Shown one piece after another: positions 59,709 to 64,000 of a stretch of DNA of 64,000 nucleotides. The first letter of the stretch is position 1. Every line of letters begins with the position of its first letter. Under the pieces are notes generated by a model. The model did no database searches. It was not told the origin of the DNA and saw nothing but the letters and a program-made list of their open reading frames with translations. Made by a program: the position numbers and the translations under genes. Source of the DNA: Phoronis australis (taxonomy: Eukaryota > Animalia > Phoronida); contig NMRA01000501.1 of NCBI GenBank assembly GCA_002633005.1, forward strand, positions 160,886 to 224,885, given 5' to 3'.

Positions 59709-62700
59709 CTGTGAAATAAAACAAAACCCACGTGTTAAAGTAATTAATTGATTAACTAGACTAACCCCCACGAGGGTACTGACTTCTCGCTGAACGACTG
59801 CTTAAATAACACTGTCTTACTTCAGCGAACAAGTTTTACGTCGGCGTTGAAGAAGTTCTATATGCAATCCGATGTTGAAATTCATAAACGCCGACAGCTC
59901 TCTCCAACAGTTGTTTTAGTATTGTGAAGATATAAATAGTATATGGGGGGACACTTGTGACCTTTGGAAAAATTTCCGGTGTCTGTCAAACCTTTTTAAT
60001 ACACTACAACAGTGTGGTTGGAATTTAAATATATCTATTGTACACATCGTAAACGTTTCATATTTTAAGCTCGATTATTGAAGGATATTCTTTCACCCAC
60101 ATATAGCCTAACATACAAGCATATTAATCAGTTTTAATATTATGTGTAACTGCTATTTATTCAAAATGAAAACTTACCTCGGTTTTGAATTCTGTATGGG
60201 ATGTCTCATTGAGAAGCCATGTTTGTTTCATTGAAAGTTTAATCCACATTCGCAATCCAGCTGACAGAGCGAACGTTGGCATACAGCGATGGTAACCTTG
60301 CAGAAGCTCTGAACGATTTTCGCTGTAAGAGAACGGTAAGAATTGACGTAAAAATTAAAGCGTTCGTAAAGAGCACGTAAAATGGTTGTCCTATATATTT
60401 GTGTGGTTTGAAAATTCTAGACTTAAATCACAATACTTGTGTCCAAGCTCATAGACGATGACAGCGATAAGGTTGGTGATTTTAATGAGACTTGGTTTTA
60501 CGTTTCAAACAGCCTTTTCCTAACAATAATTTAATTTCACTTCTGCAAATTACACAGTATCTAAGATTATACCTCAAATTCATAATTGCATAAATATGTT
60601 GCATACCTTATCGCTAAAGTGTTATGTGCTAACAATTACATCATTTTTATTCAGTGGAGAGCGACGTGGAGGTTAAGATAAGACCCTCAACCCTACCCTG
60701 GAGGGTAACGCGTGGCCTGTTAATTTAGTCCCTACACTATCTTAAAAGCGTCACTCTGACCACACTGAAGTTACAATATTTACGAGTAACTGCGCCTTAG
60801 TGAAATTCATTATTCCACCAGATGGCGATCAGGTCTTTGGTGGACAGACCTTTAGCGCCACCTACCGATCCCAATGATGCGGACGTGAGGGTTTGACCTT
60901 CTAATATAAACAGCGTTTTAACACATTTCTTGGTATTTTAATGCCGGGTATTTGCCACTGCTGTGCGGTGGGTGTACTAATGACCACCACTGTTATCGAC
61001 CGTTCGCCTTGTTGCTGTTTTCGCGCGGCCAATATGCCGGCGCGAACTACTTCGCGTACTATTTGCGTTGCAAGGACTATCCAGTTGGTCGAATACACCA
61101 AATTTAAAATTAAAAGTTCTACGAAAACTTTCCGCTTTCCATGAAATGGGCTCCACAAGAATCAGGGACACTTTTGCCGGCGCAGATGCCGCCGTTCTGT
61201 TTGCCGTCGTCATTTTGGCACGGAATACTTAAAGTGCAGCGCAGATAAAAATTACTCATTCCTAGAGGAATAGTTAATGAGTCATTAATGAACAACTACT
61301 GACTCCGTCTACCCTCCAGGTTTTGTACCACCCGGATTACAATGCATAGTTTGGCGAGCTCGTCAATCGAGGCAACAAAACAAGGCTCTTATCCGTAATA
61401 GCATTGAGAATTGTCTTCCGTAGGGATGTGAGAAACTCGGAAACGGTAAAGTCACGTGGGGGAAGGCGAGTATACTCTGGAATTAACTAGTGCACTGTGG
61501 CAGCCATTCAAGTTCTTGGGAAACCTTACATTGTCACATATTTTCGAAAGAAGTGACAGGTTGAAACCCACTTCAAAGACTTTCTCGATCAGGTTAACAA
61601 GGTTTAGACGTTCTGAATCTGCCGACTTGATGTTTCCTGAACATGCGAGTCCATTTTAGTTGTTCCTAGTATATTATATAACCTAGCGCGATTTTTTAAT
61701 CTGTTAGTGAAATGATTATAAAAGAATGAATAAACCAGCGACGTCTCAGTGTTGAAGGACAACTTTCGTTTAAGGTCGCTAAATTACTCATTGCTATGAA
61801 ATCGGCCTCATCTTAAATTCCTTATTCAGATTGAAACTGATTTCTAGGCTTAAAGACGTAGGCAACCTTTTTCCATGTCACAACCGAGGTAGAACAATCA
61901 CTGACTCGACAGCTCTCACAGTCAGACCATATGGAAAGAAATTCTTCCTCCCAAAACGTCACTTCCGGATTAGAGAACGAATAATTAATTAATTTACAAA
62001 AAATGTAATTGAGTGAAAAATATGTCTGGGATAATCAACGAACCTTGTTTTCTCTAAAACTGACATGAAAGAAGGCCATCGCCTTTAAGAAAAAGGCCTT
62101 TAACGGCGGACTAGTTTCTTATGTCGATGTATTATGGCATGAGCGGCGCACCATAGGGGGCTGGGGGGCTATAGCACCCCACTTTTTCAATGCTGCGCTG
62201 CCCATTGTCTATGGGCCATGCACCACAGGGGGCCTGGGGGGGGGGCTATAGCCTCACTTTTTCAGTGCTGCGTCGCCTATGCATGAACATTTCCAGGTGA
62301 TTTTGTGTTAGTAATGCCAACGATAGCATTGTTTGTGAGAGCAAACTCGTCTGTAAATAACTTTAATGCTTATACTACCAGGAAATGGTTTATCCAATAC
62401 TAGAGATTTTATTAAAATTGAGCCGGGCAATCCGTATAACGAATAAATAGAAAACGAATTTGTACCGCTTAATACATAGACTGTCAATCACAACTAGAAA
62501 ATAGAGTGTCTACGTAAAACCTAACCTTCTTTCGAAACTGTCGTAGTCTGGAAATACAAAATAACTGACGGTGAAGAAGTCACGTGTCTCGTCCTCAAGT
62601 TGAAAGTGCAGGAACACGGCTTCCCTGTCTTCGACATTGGTGGGTCCTCTTATGACGAGAGCGTTTCGCTGCAAAGTTGGATAATGTGGATCTGCGTAGG

Positions 62701-62754
62701 ACACGTTGATGAAAGAGCAACTTCTGTGAGCCAGATTAAGGTCACCGATCCTGA
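59388..62754 (-). CDS. PACC1: Proton-activated chloride channel (PAC/TMEM206/ASOR) homologue, last three exons; 5' exons lie beyond the window or were not found
   Basis: Exons 62754-62526, 60322-60178, 59708-59388 (phases 1,2,0). The translation ALVIRGPTNVEDREAVFLHFQL...SAGLRMWIKLS...EFKTEYSVVKFVD...LFFIFFEWK...AWRFVAALCAVFLTIHK is colinear with human PAC as I recall it (ALIVQGPREVKKRELVFLQFRL...SGGFRTWVKMS...EFRQETSVVNYID...LFFVVFEWK...PWNTIALLCGAFLALFK). Confidence 0.88.
60178..60322 (-). CDS. PACC1: PACC1 homologue exon (not in the ORF track)
   Basis: ENRSELLQGYHRCMPTFALSAGLRMWIKLSMKQTWLLNETSHTEFKTE; acceptor CTCTTACAG, donor GAG|GTAAGT. Confidence 0.88.
60697..61320. mobile_element. Short-TIR element in a PACC1 intron
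   Basis: CCTGGAGGGTA...TACCCTCCAGG inverted ends. Confidence 0.45.
62526..62754 (-). CDS. PACC1: PACC1 homologue exon (extracellular domain)
   Basis: RIGDLNLAHRSCSFINVSYADP...ALVIRGP...VFLHFQL...SYFVF; acceptor TTTTCTGCAG. Confidence 0.85.
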
Positions 62755-63281
62755 CTGCAGAAAATAGTAAGAATAAGTATTAACACCTAACAATTGAGTG
62801 ACGTTAACAATGAAAGAAAAGATGTTCTACATGGAACAAGACTAGTAAATCTAATTGAGTGTCAATTGATTATTTTGGTGTTTTTAATGACAAAAATGCC
62901 TGTCTGTACTATCTGATTGAGAAATAGGGCCCCTGTAAATTTATGAGAAAACATTATTGGGAACGAAGGCTTTAATAACTAACTAATCAAACCCAAACGT
63001 GTAGGCTAGCAATTAGTCAATGACTGATGCAACAACGCCAAACATCCAAAATATATCAACATTCGATGATGGATAGCAGATGAATTTTCTTGTCCATCAC
63101 TAACATTGCATATTAAATGTATAGTCAGGGGTATCAATATCAATGGGTAGAATTTCAATATTAATCAGCGTTATGCAGTGAATGCGAATAGGTCATGATC
63201 ACTTTGAAAGACACTCTTTCCGCATCGCTTTACTAATATCTTCATCAAACCCATGTATAGCAAGGTAGTCCAGTCGAGAGT

Positions 63282-63481
63282 TACGGTAAAGTCGCGTGAT
63301 TTTCGGACAGCCCGCCATTTTCGACCAAGAATAAATATTTACGAAATGAGTTTTTCATAGTCCACGAAATTCGTACAAGGTCCAAAAACTGTTTTTCAAA
63401 GATCCTCGAATTTCGGACATTGTCATATACATCAGAATTTTGTCCCGCGACTTTCGGACAAGGAAAATTTTAGATACGGTA
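63282..63481. mobile_element. TA-flanked MITE (Tc1/pogo-like) with TTTCGGACA subrepeats
   Basis: Begins and ends with TACGGTA; three TTTCGGACA motifs inside. Confidence 0.4.
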
Positions 63482-64000
63482 ATTTGGGATCGACGCAACT
63501 CCCGTGTCACTAAAGCGTTCAACGGATGATTACTACTGTATAAGGCTCGAGTCCGAGAATCGGTATAACGGGTTTGTAATTTTTACCTTGTCTTGACGAT
63601 GTCACGACCGTTACTCGATTGTCTTGCGTTTAGCTTGTGTTTGGCGCTTTAGCTATGAAAAGAATCACCGAGTTCCGCCTAACGAAAATTTCTGATGAAA
63701 ATACAAATAGGAAATACACCGAAGGCTGCAACTTTTCGTTGTAGCGTAACATGTGCTCTGGTTTAAATAGGCCGTGCTGTTCGACTCCCGACTGTGACAT
63801 TGAACATGCACGCCTGACATCAACTTGCGTGTTTACGAAACGTTTTTATTTTAAAACGTCCTGGCCTTTGCAAATGCCCAACTATCGCCGGACAATAAGT
63901 TTTGCTGCCACTTACCTGCATCCCGGCGAATGATTGAAATCTTGGTGCAGCCGTTCTGGGCTTGCTTAATAATTTTGAATGGGACAGTTAGCAAGGAATG

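Noticed and set aside
1-64000. CRISPR arrays, operons, rRNA
   Set aside because: Spliced animal DNA with no regularly spaced direct repeats or rRNA-like sequence.

Overview
Eukaryotic, intron-rich, repeat-dense animal DNA. It looks like an invertebrate draft assembly, with N gaps at 11327-11541 and 45735-46488 and several single-N joins. I reconstructed three spliced genes by hand, each with consistent GT-AG phases. (1) + strand 2994-28131, 5' end not found: a type-I membrane protein with a kringle, six TSP1 repeats, one TM helix and a short tail. (2) - strand 39338-30301, complete at 409 aa: a secreted protein with signal peptide, PAN/apple, FN3 and a Caspr/neurexin-IV-type fibrinogen-like domain. 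It converges tail-to-tail on gene 1. (3) - strand 62754-59388: the 3' part of a PACC1/TMEM206 proton-activated chloride channel homologue. It keeps the pore lysine but lacks several acidic pH-sensor residues. The rest is transposon debris: hAT, ISL2EU-like, Academ-like, MULE-like, Harbinger-like, Penelope-like, a SINE and an LTR-like segment with heat-shock elements. The strongest non-genic signal is the 8-mer TACATGTA (28 copies counted by eye). Four pairs of homologous repeats differ by exactly TA -> TACATGTA, which is the classic Tc1-type excision footprint. All family assignments come from motif recognition, not database searches.
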